Shown: piece by piece, positions 37,561-51,242 of the stretch
Layout of the letters: every line of letters begins with the position of its first letter
Numbering within the stretch: the stretch's first letter is position 1
Program-made: the position numbers and the translations under genes
Assembly (NCBI RefSeq): GCF_001194135.2
Contig: NC_068998.1
Location: 38,001 to 102,000, forward strand
From: Octopus bimaculoides
Taxonomy: Eukaryota
DNA length: 64,000 nt
Direction: 5' to 3'
The notes under the pieces: model-generated
What the model was told of the DNA's origin: nothing
What the model saw: only the letters and a program-made list of their open reading frames with translations
Database searches by the model: none

Positions 37561-39598
37561 CTTACAAGTTCTCTATCATTCACTCATTCTATGTACCACT
37601 GATATTTTATCAGGTTGCCTCTCTAATTCTATCCTCTCCATCCTAAAACTCTATCCTTTTCCTCTCATATTCCACTCTTATGCTTTCTTTCCTTATTTAC
37701 TAGGTTATAAAGATGTGCGAGTGGATAGGACAAAATACATAGAAACGACGGTAGGGTTAAGTGGATAAGGATTAACGACAGAGAATCAAAAGAAATTTAT
37801 ATAAAAACATACAATAATTAAGACAAAACGTAATTAATGGAATGAAAATAATTGAAGCTTGGATCATCTAAAGGTGCTCTTAAGTATTCTTGTGTTAATC
37901 ATTCAAAATAGCAGGTAACTTACTTTAATGATCTTTGTTATGATTGTACAGGTAGCAGAACCGTTCCACATAAATTGGTAGTTGTACTCTAATGTGAGAC
38001 AGGAGTACTTTTATGTGAACAGGAACACTATAATTTAAAACTACAGTACTCTAATGTAACACTGAAGTACTCTAAAGCGGGTGGTAGTACCCCACTGAAA
38101 CAAGAATACTGCTACATTATTTACATTTGACGGATATTTGTCCTCAGCTTGTTTGTTGCTAACACAACGTTTCGGCTGATATACCTTTATTTCGGTGCTT
38201 ATATCAAGATAGAATCAACAGAAACGACCAGCACTTTTCTGATTTCAAACATCTTAGAACACAGAGACAACAGAAATGTTTGAAAGAATTCAATAAATGC
38301 AATTCTGTATAAAAATAAATTCATTCGGATTGTTTTCAAAAGATTCTCTTCCAAACATCAAGAATACACCGTTCATTTCTTGTTCGTTTACTTGAAATCC
38401 GAGAGTCCGATGCATAAATGTCAAACTACTTTAGCATGAAAAGCGCCCTTTCTCCTTCAATACACTAGTTTATTATATATTCAAAAGTTAGCCTATTGTC
38501 CTCTGCTTTATTAAAATACTTTACGAATGTTATAAAAGCTTCACGTCCTATTTTAATCAATAAATTGCATTTCCTTTAGTAATTCCGGGAAATAGAACCT
38601 ACTGGACACTTTACTCAATGTCTTCTTGTCTACTTGCTCTCTACTTGTCAGGTTATTATCAGCCGCTCCTCAATGTCTGTTTGTTTGTTATTTGTTTGAT
38701 TTTCTTAACTATTGCACATAAATGCAAACACTACAACAAAGTTCCAAGATTTGATGTCAGATCTTCAGCACGATCATATAACAAGCATGGTCGTTTTTTT
38801 ATTGAAATATAACGAAGAAAAAAAGTAGAGTTAATCCTTTTTCTTTATACAAGTTCAAATTCTACCACAATCAGTTTTGTTTTGTGTTGCTTCTGTCTTT
38901 AACAAAAACAGAAGTTTGCGGGGAGGAATGAAAGAGCTACTTCCATTGAGTTTCCAACTCTAAAGTGAGAAAAACCAAAGCTAATTCCGACAATATATTT
39001 AATTCAATGGATATTTGTTGAATATTGCGTGGAGTCAATTATTTACTGGACAACATATCAACATTTCATTTTCTATTTATGATGAATTGGTTTGATCAAG
39101 TTCAGCCCTGGATTAGTGTTCTACCAAACATTACACGGTTTATTTAACAGAAGGTAATGCATGAGATGTTAAATGACTTGGCATTCCATCCTACAGGTTC
39201 ACATTGTTAGTATACTGTGAGTAAATATGAATATGTCGCTACATTTGATTTAATAATTACTTTGAAAGTCCTCTTGTGTGAAGTTGGCGGCATCACGCGG
39301 AAGGCCAAAGTTTGATTTATATTGTTAGAGATGATGGGTGGGTGTTCGAAAATCTGTTATTTCCTATTGGCTGCAAATCATGGCAATGACAGATCTCTTA
39401 TTCTAACAAATTTAATTACAGACAGACCCAACGAATTATTCCATATACGAACGAAGTGTCGGTTTAGAAGACGGTGGTGGATGAGGGAGCTTAGGTTAAA
39501 TTATTTAAAAATAAAGAAATATCTGTTAGCAATGTACTCTGTGAATGGAGTTCCATAATTCATTGAGCAGCAACAGTTAAACAATGTAGTTCCACGTT

Positions 39599-39786
39599 CA
39601 CGCCGGGCGAAATACTTAGCGGTATTTCGTCTGTCTTTATGTTCTGAGTTCAAATTCCGCCGAGGTGACTTTGTCTTTCATCCTTTCGGGGTTGATAAAC
39701 TAAGTAGCAGTTGCGTACTGGGATCGATCTAATCGACTGGTCCCGCCCCAAATTTTCGGGCCTTGTGCCTAGAGTAGAAAAGAATA
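39599..39786 (+). mobile_element. 5'-truncated family A SINE with 12-bp target-site duplication
   Basis: SINE body flanked by identical tagttccacgtt at 39587-39598 and 39787-39798. Confidence 0.92.
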
Positions 39787-40535
39787 TAGTTCCACGTTGT
39801 ACCTCTCCCATACATCAGACCAACTAACCTTCTCTATCGTTTATGGTGATTTGAACACAATATTTCTATTAACAGCAATTTTAACAATTTTTCATCAACT
39901 GATCTCAATAGTGTCTATTAGTGACAGTCATATTGTTTATCGTTGGTGTGGAAATAAAAACAGTGTGGAAATAAAACAGTTTATATCAAAGTGTTCCCTC
40001 GATACAACGACACACATGAATTGATCGCTCCTCAACTCTACACAGCATCAAAATATAACATTTCATGTTGACGTCCAATATACAAAATCGTCCACCCGTG
40101 ACTGTGTCGGTTGTTTATACCACTACTATATGGAATTTATAGCATCGTCATGATACACTATTTCGGCGCTAAAAGAATTGGTTCGTCTATTTTTCTGTTT
40201 TCATTTTTTGCATTACATAAAACACGTGTCAGGAAACAAACTGAAGCTATTACGGAAGTTACTTAACTTAGCTGTCATCACCTGGAGTGTTATCAGATTT
40301 CTCACCTTCCTTTTACTCTTTATTATTAGATAAACTAAGCACATTTTATTCTCTCAAATACAAACCTATGTATGTACGTATGTATGTATGTATGTATGTA
40401 TGTATGTATGTATGTATCTTTCTGGCAGTCTGTTCTGTCGATCGACCTATCCTGTTAGTCTGTCAGTCTGTCACAATCCTTTTATTTTTTTCGTCACCTG
40501 CACTGTTATCAAATCTCTTCCTCTCTCCCCACCTC

Positions 40536-40578
<43 letters not shown>

Positions 40579-40711
40579 ATCTAAAATATTACTACTGGAA
40601 CAACCAATATTATCTATTTCGAGCATTTAGCTCTGTCGTAAGAATTAATCTAATGCCTCTATAATATCTCTTTCCATTATCAACCGTTTTTTCATGTGCG
40701 TGTAATTGTGT

Positions 40712-40743
<32 letters not shown>

Positions 40744-41297
40744 CTGTGTGTGTATGCGTGTATGTGTGGGTGCATGCGTTTGTGTATGCGTGCATGCGTA
40801 TGTGTGTTGTACTCTTGTCTCTATTCCTAAAGTGTATCTAAATATATATTCAGTTTAATTATTTCTACATCATTATATTTACCCAAGATATTTCGTGTGG
40901 CAATGAAGACATGTGTTCGTATAAACTACATTAGTTTTATTACATCAAATGATTCTGGTATTATTTTAGTCTCCATCTGTATGTGTTATTGTATGTGCAA
41001 TTAATGTACCTTGTTTTTAAGAGTGAGGGCGAAGTGAGGAAACAGTCAGAGATAGTGCGTTATTCACTTAGGTGCCGCAATACATAAGCATCTGACAGAG
41101 TTGAGCGCTGAGGTAATCGGTCGCAACGAATCGTTCTGTGAAATCTGCATGAATATCTAGATCTTGGTGACGTCTGAGGACCTGAAGGCTATCTTGGAGG
41201 TGTGAGCAATGGTGAGAGTGGCAAAGTTAATGAAAATGGTTATTCAACGGAGAAGACCCAGTTGCTATGTGTTTGGGAGTGACAACTGAAAGCCTTC

Positions 41298-41302
<5 letters not shown>

Positions 41303-41383
<81 letters not shown>
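41303..41383. repeat. (GA)n microsatellite
   Basis: Direct reading. Confidence 0.97.
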
Positions 41384-41385
<2 letters not shown>

Positions 41386-41878
41386 ATGTAGATGGCTGGC
41401 TGGAAGTCCCTCGCGAATTTCTCAACACACTATGTGGTGCCAGAACTTTACTGTAATCGAAATTGATTGACAGAAACTGTGATGATTGAGGGGATGGCAA
41501 CAGCGGAAAGCAGGAGCCGCGGAGGAAAGATGCTTGTTGGAAACTGTCCCTCGACAGCATTAAATGCGGCTCAGAAGATGTGGAACATTCACAGTTTAGA
41601 TAAAACCAAAGATACTCAGAGTAAATTAAGTGAACCAAGTTAGAAGGAGCTGAAGGTGAGTGTTCTGATAATATGTGAATGGTGGCTACTCACCCTTTGA
41701 AGAGGGATCGCTTTTATTTGGTTTTGTATATTAAAGGCTTAGTTTGTTTAAATACATGATGCGATATGTTGGGATATGTGCTCGTGTGTTCTATGCTTCC
41801 TTAAACGTTTTGTAACTTCATATGATGCGTATTTGTGCAAATGCATTGTCGTAGGAAAGAGATAGAATTATTATTTTG

Positions 41879-42100
41879 GAGGGCATGGATTGGTAGAATC
41901 GTTAGATCATCGGCAAAAAAGCCTTAGTGTATTAATTCCGAGTCTTTACATTACGAGTTCAAATCCCAAAGAAGGCAACTTTGCATTTCATCTGTCTGGG
42001 GTCGATAAAATAAAGTACCAGTCAAGTATCAGAATCAATTGTATCAACTAAGGTCCTACCTCAAAATTGCTGGCTTCGTACCAAAATGAGAAACCATTAT
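41879..42100 (+). mobile_element. Older, diverged family A SINE
   Basis: ggtagaatcgttag...gagttcaaatcc...gcatttcatc...ggggtcgataaaataaagtaccag. Confidence 0.75.
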
Positions 42101-44548
42101 CATTATTACTTTGTAGTAGTTTAATGGATGCAGTCTACTTCCATTACACTGTCCGATGCATATCGAAATCTATCCAGTTAACTTTCTCTCTCTCTCCCTC
42201 TCCCCCTTCCTCCCTTTTTCTGTCTGTCTCTCTCTCACATCCTTTCTCTCTCGCTCTGTGTGTGTGTGTTTGGCTTCTCCCTCCCTTTCTCTTTCTTTAT
42301 ACATATATAATGAGAGGAGGAGAGAGAAACATAGATGTATGAAGATGTTTAGTTGACCTATCTGATATTATTTAACCCCCGCGAGAAAGTTTTGCTAAAA
42401 TATATATTGAATATTATGCAATGGCATCAATAGTTATAGCTTGGAGATAAATCTAGACAAGTTAAGAAAGAGCAGCAGTTTTGCGAGAGGCTTTTAATGT
42501 TAAAACATTTTCTATTATGTCTAAGTGTTTTGCCCTGCAGGAAGTCCTGTACGTATTGTTTTGAATATTTTTTGAAAGTTAGTTCTCTTTATCTCTATAA
42601 AAACATAATAAAGGCTCGCGATTGTATTAAATATAGAAGAATAATTTAGCATATAATTTTATTTTTCTGTTGATTATATAGCAATACATTTTGAGCTCCA
42701 ATATATCATGGTTTCCTTTTTACGTTCGTCGCTGACGATCGTCAGAGTACGATGATGGCACTGAAAGTAGTCAAAGTAGCTCTCTGTATCCATTCTGGCT
42801 CAGAAAGGATGGAATTTCGTAGCCGATTCACTGATTCACGTGATCAAGGTGGTTATCTGCCAGTTTTTTGGGGTATTTTCCTCCACAGCTTACCAGTCGG
42901 AAATTTCTTAACGATAAGCACATTCAACATATGGATCAATATAATGTAAGGATGGAGTGGGAGTCTGGGATGAAGTATCAGAGGAAATAGTGAAATTCAC
43001 TCCTCACCTGAATTTTGTGTAAGTATCCCAATTTACTTGTATGAATGAACAGCTCTATTTAATAATCGATGTGTGGTAATTTTTATCTCAACTTTCCAAG
43101 AAGTAAGCAGTTGGAATAGGTCTTCTTTTTTATGAAGCAACACTAAATTATGGAAGTTGATACTTATTCAAGATTATGTTCCAAGGACTCTTAATAACTT
43201 GATATTCGTCAGGTAGATTGTACTACAACACTATGTCACTCCAGCGGACTTTATTTCTACGACACACTTAACAACAATATTTACAGTAAGGTGAATTGAT
43301 AAATGTCTATGCTATGGACACACAGCAGATGATGGAACTGTTAAAGGAGGGCCCGAACAACAGAGGTATATAAGAACACCTTCAAAATTTCAAAGAAAAT
43401 TCAGCTCTCAGCCAAGTCAAATATAAAACCATTGTTTTTTTTTTCTGTAGGAGGGATTTAACAAATTGTATGGCTAACTTGATATTGAAAAATGGTTTGT
43501 CGTTTTTGAGAACGCATCCTGGATTTTCGATGTATTGACTCTCCTCCAGTGGCTGTCCTATTTCTATTATTATGTTTAGATATTACGTAAATTCAAATAA
43601 AACGTTCGTGCTTCTGATTTGTATCTGATTTGTTTTTTTAACAGCATAAATTTGATGAAGAACTAGGTTGCAACACTGAAATGATTAACGAGCACCAATT
43701 ATTTTTAAAAAAATCTTGTGTTATTGTTAATATTGTAATTCTTTCCATCTTGAGAATTAATGCTGGAAATTTAATTCCAATACTTCTCGTATTCTTGTTA
43801 TTTTCTTTTCTTTTAGTTTTCTTTTGTTGATTTCTATTTTTGCGGCCATAACCAACAATGTGTTATTCTATCCTCACTGTTATGTCCGCTTCTGAAATAT
43901 CTGACAATATTATAACAGTTTGCGTGATAAAACTGCCACTCTGCGTGCTAGCAAAGTAGTGTGAAGATATTCAGATAGCAACTGTTAATTGGTAAATTAA
44001 ATAGATTAGCATGCTTGACTGATTAATAAGCACAATCTCTAATTGGAAATCATAATTTTCTATCATATAAATAAAAGACCCGCAAAATAAGTAAAAACGT
44101 GTTAGAAGAATATGCAGAGAAAATAGATTTTTATATTTAGATCTATTTATTTTCGCATTATATCTGGGTTGTTTTCTTCCATAACATTCCAACGAGAATG
44201 AATACATATGACGATAGCTATGTGTACCTCTTTGTGTGTTTGTGCGGTGATGTTTATGACTGCATGTCTATGAATGTGAGTGTATGTATATATATAAATG
44301 TGTNNNNNNNNNNATATATATATATATATATATTAACATGTGTGTATTACACATACGCACATACACACACACATACACTTATGTCCATAAACAAGGGATG
44401 TGAAGAACACAAAATGGTGGACGAGATATAAAAATCTTAGTGAACAATATGGAGAGGAGGAAGAGAGAAGAGAAACGAGAAAAAATGCGCGAAGCGACGA
44501 CAGAGGATGATTGAAAAAGAAGCAGTAAGGCGTTAAGAAATTGCTAGG

Positions 44549-44595
<47 letters not shown>

Positions 44596-44666
44596 GTGTT
44601 TGTATGGACGATAATGATAGTTTATAACTTTTATAGCCACTAGCAATATTTTAGCAAATAGTTTCA

Positions 44667-44708
44667 ATAATAATAATAATGATAATAATAATAATAATAA
44701 TAATAATG

Positions 44709-44739
<31 letters not shown>

Positions 44740-44789
44740 TAATAATAATAATAAAACTTGTACAAATGCAAAGCAAAAGTCAAACATAA

Positions 44790-44867
<78 letters not shown>

Positions 44868-44885
44868 TATTATTATTATTATTAT
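44667..44885. repeat. (TAA)n arrays ending head-to-head with (TAT)n
   Basis: Direct reading; explains the poly-Ile, poly-Leu and poly-Tyr ORFs. Confidence 0.95.
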
Positions 44886-44914
44886 AACTACAACATCACC
44901 AACGATACTAGTAA

Positions 44915-45170
44915 GAGGAAATAATTGATATTGCAATGCCTCGGGAGACTAGAATTGATATGGAGGAAGACGAAAAGGTGGAGCTGAAGTACGAGTGTTC
45001 CAAGTCATAATTTGGAAATATGGAGTTACTCAACTACAGATGTTATAGCAATAGAAATAGGATATCAATTTAGAGTCGGTAATGAAGGAGTGGAAGAGGG
45101 AGAAACAAATGATAGCAATATTAATAAAGATATCTGGGGTCTCTAATCGACTGGACAGATGTTGAACTAA
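44915..45170 (+). mobile_element. RLE endonuclease / 3' fragment of an R4/Dong-like LINE
   Basis: IIDIAMPRETRIDMEEDEKVELKYE, like the ID.A.P.D..I..KE.EK..KY motif. Confidence 0.6.
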
Positions 45171-45855
45171 TCAGAAGATAAAATTTCAATAGTATATTTT
45201 CAAAAATATATTTTATATGGAATAGTGAGAATATCAATATTGGTAGAAATGTCAATTAAGCAATTATAATTACTTTAGAACCCAAGGTTACAAATTTCAG
45301 CAAAAGATCCTAGAAAGGAACAAAAGAAAAATAAGAATAACGAAAGAAGAAGCCAAATGTTGTAGTCAAAGTGTTCTTTGTATTAATCGGTGCAGTGACC
45401 GATGTTACGGTGATGTTAATATAATGTTTAATAAATGTTTAATAAATGTTTAATAATGTTTAATAAATGTTGTATTTGAACCAGCATCGAGTAGAGCGAC
45501 ATTTGTTACAGCCGTTATAGAAACAAGACGAAATTCTGTCAACGCCAGCCGCAGCTGTGTTCGGTGTTAAAACTGTGTCAACAGAACGTTGCTCTCCATC
45601 TATTATTAATATTTTGTCGTATTCCGACATATTTTGAAAACTGGAAAAAATGCAAAGGATATATGACAGGGGTACAACCCCCAAGAGGAGTGTGGTGTAA
45701 TTATACAGATATGTCACCACCTCGATCCAGACAATACAAGCTAAACAGTTATACAACAATGTTTGAGTGAATCGGTTGCAACCGGCTGAAACGCTTGATT
45801 AAACACTCAAAACTCACGAAGTTCCAGCTTTTTATATCTTCCTAGTATGGCGGCC

Positions 45856-45856
<1 letters not shown>

Positions 45857-45919
<63 letters not shown>
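45857..45919. repeat. (TAA)n microsatellite
   Basis: Direct reading. Confidence 0.95.
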
Positions 45920-45921
<2 letters not shown>

Positions 45922-46364
45922 TTTTCTTTATTAACTGCTGAGGGTTCACATAAAAACATTGGGGACGTAACAGGACACTACGGTACAGATAAAGTGGGAG
46001 TAAAACGTGTAAACAAAAGAAAAACAGTAACTAAAATTCTAAAAATCATATCCCCTACAGAAGGAGGCTGCCTAGTTCTGGTCGTTGAAACCCCACAAAA
46101 ACTACGATCACCCTAATCTCTTCATCTGCTCTCGATCTAACGGCGCATGGACTGCAAAAATGAAAAAGCTTAAACATTTTGGGGCAAAAATTCTTTCACA
46201 GAAGAAAGCAATCACCAAGTTGCTTGACCCTGTCCTTCTCGTGGGGTAGCGATAGCAAAAGTCTGCGGATCAGTTATTACATTCGACTCGTGAGTATAAT
46301 AGCTTATTTACTAATATTTTGAGGGGAAATAAAAAATTGCTCTGAGTAGCAGGAAAGTACATTT

Positions 46365-46365
<1 letters not shown>

Positions 46366-46407
<42 letters not shown>

Positions 46408-46480
46408 CTGTGTGACTACGTGTATTTGCGCGTTTATATGCGCATTTATATGTGCATATGCATATATATACAGTATATGA

Positions 46481-46567
<87 letters not shown>

Positions 46568-46738
46568 TATATATATACAGTATATGATTATATATATACC
46601 TATAAGCATATACACACATATATACGCACATACACACACATAGACATATGCATATACACACATAAACAGACTCTCATAACAAGCTCGAAGACACACACAT
46701 ACTCGCACGCGCACACATATGCACATGCACACACACGC

Positions 46739-46797
<59 letters not shown>

Positions 46798-46800
46798 AAG
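46366..46800. repeat. Compound (GT)n/(AT)n/(CA)n/(CT)n microsatellite block
   Basis: Direct reading; (AT)n core at about 46486-46564. Confidence 0.95.
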
Positions 46801-47123
46801 TATAAAGTGTCTACCTTTAATATGCAGATATCCTGTGATTCAACCAACTTTTGTTATCTTCTAATATTCATGGCTGACGTTTGCTGCAATCCACCATTTT
46901 AGCAGCCGACACGATTATCTGGTATTTCACACATTGAAAGATCATATCATAGATGTGTAATGGTGGAGGAGTAGCGGTATTAGTAATGGTTGCGGTGGGG
47001 AGATTGACAGCGGTGATAGTGTTACTAATAGCTTTAATAGTGATAACAGTGATGATGATGATGATGCAAGCGAACAGATGTATCCACTTTTTTTATTGTA
47101 TTAAATGAATCGTTGAAGCCTGT

Positions 47124-47159
<36 letters not shown>

Positions 47160-47346
47160 TAGTAGTAGTAGTAGTGGTATGAAAATGAGGGTGTTCGGGT
47201 ATAGTAAGCAGGGAATATATATGACTATAGTGATTATTAAAAGTTCAAGTCAGTGTTTCTTCAATCAAAGATAGGAGAAAGTTAGCTTCTCCGCTTCTCC
47301 CGTTCAACACGATTTACTGTGAATCGGCTCTTTGAAGACGTACTCA

Positions 47347-47426
47347 GTGTTCAACGCCGATAGAACGTGCTCAGTGCTGACAGGAGGTGCTCAGTGCTGA
47401 CAGGAGGTGCTCAACGCTGATAGGAC
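47347..47426. repeat. 20-bp minisatellite x4
   Basis: gtgttcaacgccgatagaac / gtgctcagtgctgacaggag x2 / gtgctcaacgctgataggac. Confidence 0.85.
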
Positions 47427-50318
47427 GTACCCCGCACGGATAAAAAGCTAAACACAGTTGCACCAATTTATGCAGTGGCCTTTTTTTGGCAAAGGCCATT
47501 AGTGGTGAGACTAAGTCATATTTTCTAGTCTAAATACCGCCTTGATAGGATAGACCTACGATCAAAAGCATTCCAGCCATGACTATCACTCTATTTTAGG
47601 GTAGTTTGGCCAGCATTATCTAATATTCTCTTCCCTTTCTAAGACAATGGCACCTGTGATCTATGAGATATTTAGCCGTTACTTCTAGCACGTTGAGGAA
47701 TCACGTACAAGCTCTCCCATTAGTTGATGTAGTTGATAATAGTTCAAGATGGTAAACCAAACTATGGAACTGACGTTGTTGGTCAAAAGTCAATCATGAC
47801 AGCCTCACACTCTGAAGAAAGTAAATCAAGTTTAAACTAAATACCATAGATGCATTGAGGATTATATTGATTAAAATAATTATTTTATCAATGTTAAAAC
47901 AATGAAAAACAAAAATAATTCTTGTAGGATGGAAGTGACTTCGTTGGAATTCGAACTCAGAATGTAAAGTGACGCAATTAAATACTGCAAGGAATTCTCC
48001 AGCAAATTTATGTCACCTTATAGAACTTTGAAAACGTATGAATGTTACAAGATGTTATTTCCAACAAATCTATTTCCTCTCCTCTACTTGATCTAATACA
48101 AAAATCGATCAACACTGTCATCGATGTTTGATACAGTAATTGGACTCAGTTTTTCTGTATCTCTGTGGATATTCTACATATTACTGCAATATTCGATGCA
48201 CATTTAGTTGTATGATTGAGAAAACAAAGCTACTTAGTTGCAACAGAAGTACTGTTGTCATGTACCTAAACATTGTTTACAACAAAATTTCACCAAATTC
48301 CTTATAACCTATCTTCTGTTTTCGTAGTTCCATTACCTCGGATATAATCTCTCTCGTTTTCACAGAAAACGGACAAACATGTCTCCTGATTTCTCATTCA
48401 ACATTTAAATCCTTTTTTCTTTGTTTTCCTTCTGATGTTTGGTATTTTCCTTTTCTTTTTTCACTGAAATGACATTCCGTGTTTTTATAACGTTTTTTTT
48501 TTCAATATCATTGTTGTTGTTGCTGTTGCTGCTGCTTCTGTTGTTGTTGAGGTTGCTTTCTCTTTCCTTTTTAACAATTTTGGTAATCAAGAAACTTGTT
48601 AACTGGTTGTCGTTTCTAATGGTGGCGCCGAATCTTCGTACTGTCTTAAAAAGTCCTTGCATGATTTTTCAAATCTCTCTGAACGATACAGATTTTACTT
48701 AATGACAGCTGCTGGAAGGTGTCAAAGTTGGTTATCACACTCTAATAATATTTAGTCGTAACATTATAAAGCTAAGAAAATGTCAACAAAATTCATAGAA
48801 AATAAAGAGAAATAGATTCTAAAAGGAATCTAATTTACTGTTATTGAAGATTTATCTGTTTCACTCTGTGTTACAGGGAATTAATCTTGTATTGTTGCTT
48901 ATCAACAGCGATATTTCCGGAGATAAGACAGCCGCCGATGTAACGCTGGTACATACATGAAGATAACATACATTTCTCTCTCTTTCTCTTTCTCTTATAA
49001 CGTACATACATACATACATACATACATACATGGACTAGACACGTGATGAGATACGCATCTGGACATCAAAATCAGTACGGTAACTTCTACATTAACAGCG
49101 ACGCCAATAGGATTTATGTGAGACGAAGAGATGTCAGTCCAAACAGCCTTTGAATGTGCATTGCATCTGGCAGACAACACCTGCTGAACAATAGAGAAAG
49201 AAATTAATACATTCCACGCATGCCCAAAAGTGAGGGGCAACGTCTTCGGAATTGGAAAACTACTGTGCAGGTGCTCTGAAAATACAGCTGTCTCATGCAA
49301 CCCAAAGGGGGCTGACCTGACCTACCTAAACATAAGCTTGGAAAAGAAGCAGGTATTGCACCTACAAAAAGCAATGCATGGGTACATATTCCACAAGATA
49401 GAAGACATCAGCAGTATTGACAGGAAGAGTAACCTCCCCTGGGCTTGTGATAAATATATTACATCCCACCTAGAACAATGTCTTCGCTATCCAGGAGCAG
49501 GATAGCGAGAGACAAAGATACCATCAAACCTCCACGTTGTGATAAAAGATGTCGGCTCTGCTATACCAGTGTGGAAAGTGTCACCCATAATATCAGCAGC
49601 TACACCCCCAAATGTCTACTGCTTGCCCCTGAAGCCTGACCTAGTTACAAAGGCTATTTACAATGCTGTCTGACGTATACATTAAAGACATGTCAGAACC
49701 AGTAGGTATTCACACATTTAAAAACAAGGGATACTGATGGAACACGCCGATAAAAAGCATCAATTCGGTACAAACGCCACAGACCTGATATTTTTCTGTG
49801 GCACAGGGAACAAGAGTCATGTAGAGGACAGCTGCCCAGCAGATGTGAATGTACGGTCAAAAGTCTAGGAGAAAAAGAAGACATATGGCGGATTAGAACT
49901 TACAGCTCTTGTACTGTGACTATGAATCCTCATTTGTACCTATCATCATGGATGCATTATGTTATGTACCAACACATTTTCTCAAAACCCTAGAAGTACT
50001 CGGTTTTATGGGAAATGAGCAAAAGGAACTGACAAATCAAGTCTATTAGTGGCACAGTGAAGATTTGTAAGACATTCCAAAAATTCTCCATCTGAGATTC
50101 TTATGTGAATGCATGCGCACACTTGGGTGCTTCGACAGTTCAGCCAACCCACCAACTCAACCACATATTGGAAAACACCAGGAGGTCTCTTAACTCAAAA
50201 AGCCTTGTCGTATTCCCCTTCACCAACAACCGGAACGTCCGATGTATCACTGTGTGTAGGTGATGGCGATTTTCTTTCTGTTTCTATTGACGCTACTGCT
50301 ACTGTTGTTGGTGGTGCC

Positions 50319-50830
50319 GGCAACACGTTCAAACAGCGCCTCTCCAACCACAGATCCTCTTTCAGAATTCTAGAAAGGAGATACGCTACGTCCTTAACCA
50401 GCCATGTATGGTGACTGAAAGAACTCCATACGTAATATCATGGAAGATCCTAGAAAATCCAGGCCCCTACATAAATGGGATCGAGCGTTGTAAACTGTAC
50501 ATAGCCGAACGGATGAGGATATCACAGGATTCCCTCGACCCGGGAACATCCTTAACACATCAAGAAATTCCTGCTATCGGCCTGGGATCCACGAACCAAC
50601 ATGGTCAACTAACGGCGGTCAAAAGAGACAATCCCTTTTTGTTGACGGAGTAACGAAGTCTTTTCCTCCTCCATTTTCTAGAGAGGCCACTTGCTAAAAA
50701 GACCATAGGCCAACAGGTTTCAGGGTCTGAAGAAACGCTGTAAAACTAAGCGTTTGATGGATGTGAAACCCAGGCTAACCCCATATCTTTATCTATATAC
50801 TCTACTGCTGTATAGCTTACAGTGCTTCTT
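50319..50830 (+). mobile_element. Penelope-like element 3' end: GIY-YIG endonuclease fragment plus terminal repeat with disrupted hammerhead motif
   Basis: GNTFKQRLSNHRSSFR..E.RYATSLTSHVW (frameshift) PYVISWKILE...Y.NG..RCKL..AERMRI. At 50723-50781: gggt-CTGAAGA-AACGC..GCGTT-[10 nt]-GAAA-CCCAGGCTA-accc. Confidence 0.85.
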
Positions 50831-50871
50831 TTTCGGATTTATGATTCACCGACTACACACGTACACACACA

Positions 50872-50939
<68 letters not shown>

Positions 50940-50940
<1 letters not shown>

Positions 50941-51098
50941 GACGGGTTTCTTTCAGTTTCCGTCTACTAAATACACCCACAAGCCATTGGTCAGCCCGAG
51001 GATTTAGTAGAATTTACTTGCTCAAGATGTCACGTAGTGGGACTGAACCCGGAACCATTTGGTTGGTAAGCTTCTTACCACACAGCCACGCCTGCGCC

Positions 51099-51099
<1 letters not shown>
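50940..51099 (-). mobile_element. tRNA-derived SINE, family B
   Basis: Minus strand ggctgtgtggtaag...ggttccgggttcagtcccac...ttgagcaagt...gaaactgaaagaaacccgtc with microsatellite tail. Confidence 0.88.
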
Positions 51100-51142
<43 letters not shown>

Positions 51143-51144
51143 CG

Positions 51145-51176
<32 letters not shown>

Positions 51177-51242
51177 CGTTTGTGTGTGTGTGTGTGTGTA
51201 TGCGTGAGTGAGTGTGTGTGTGTGTGTGTGTGTGTATGCGTG

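Noticed and set aside
44845-44885. (AAT)n/(ATT)n head-to-head palindrome as a functional hairpin
   Set aside because: Simple consequence of two opposed microsatellite tails; the TGA interruptions (spacing 27 and 30) are not truly periodic.
44533-46864. Poly-Ile, poly-Leu, poly-Tyr, YIYI, THTH, RERE and CVCV ORFs here and throughout the window
   Set aside because: Translations of (TAA)n, (AT)n, (CA)n, (GA)n and (GT)n; no splice or domain support.
47347-47426. Possible CRISPR-like array
   Set aside because: Contiguous 20-bp units with no unique spacers, in eukaryotic DNA with no cas genes.
47470-47520. Possible Helitron 3' end (hairpin then CTAA)
   Set aside because: CTAA is followed by G rather than T, and no matching 5' TC end or Rep/helicase remnant was seen.
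48995-49690. GC-richer segment with ORFs 48995-49300 and 49230-49505
   Set aside because: No recognisable domain or splice pattern; possibly a decayed PLE, but unsupported.
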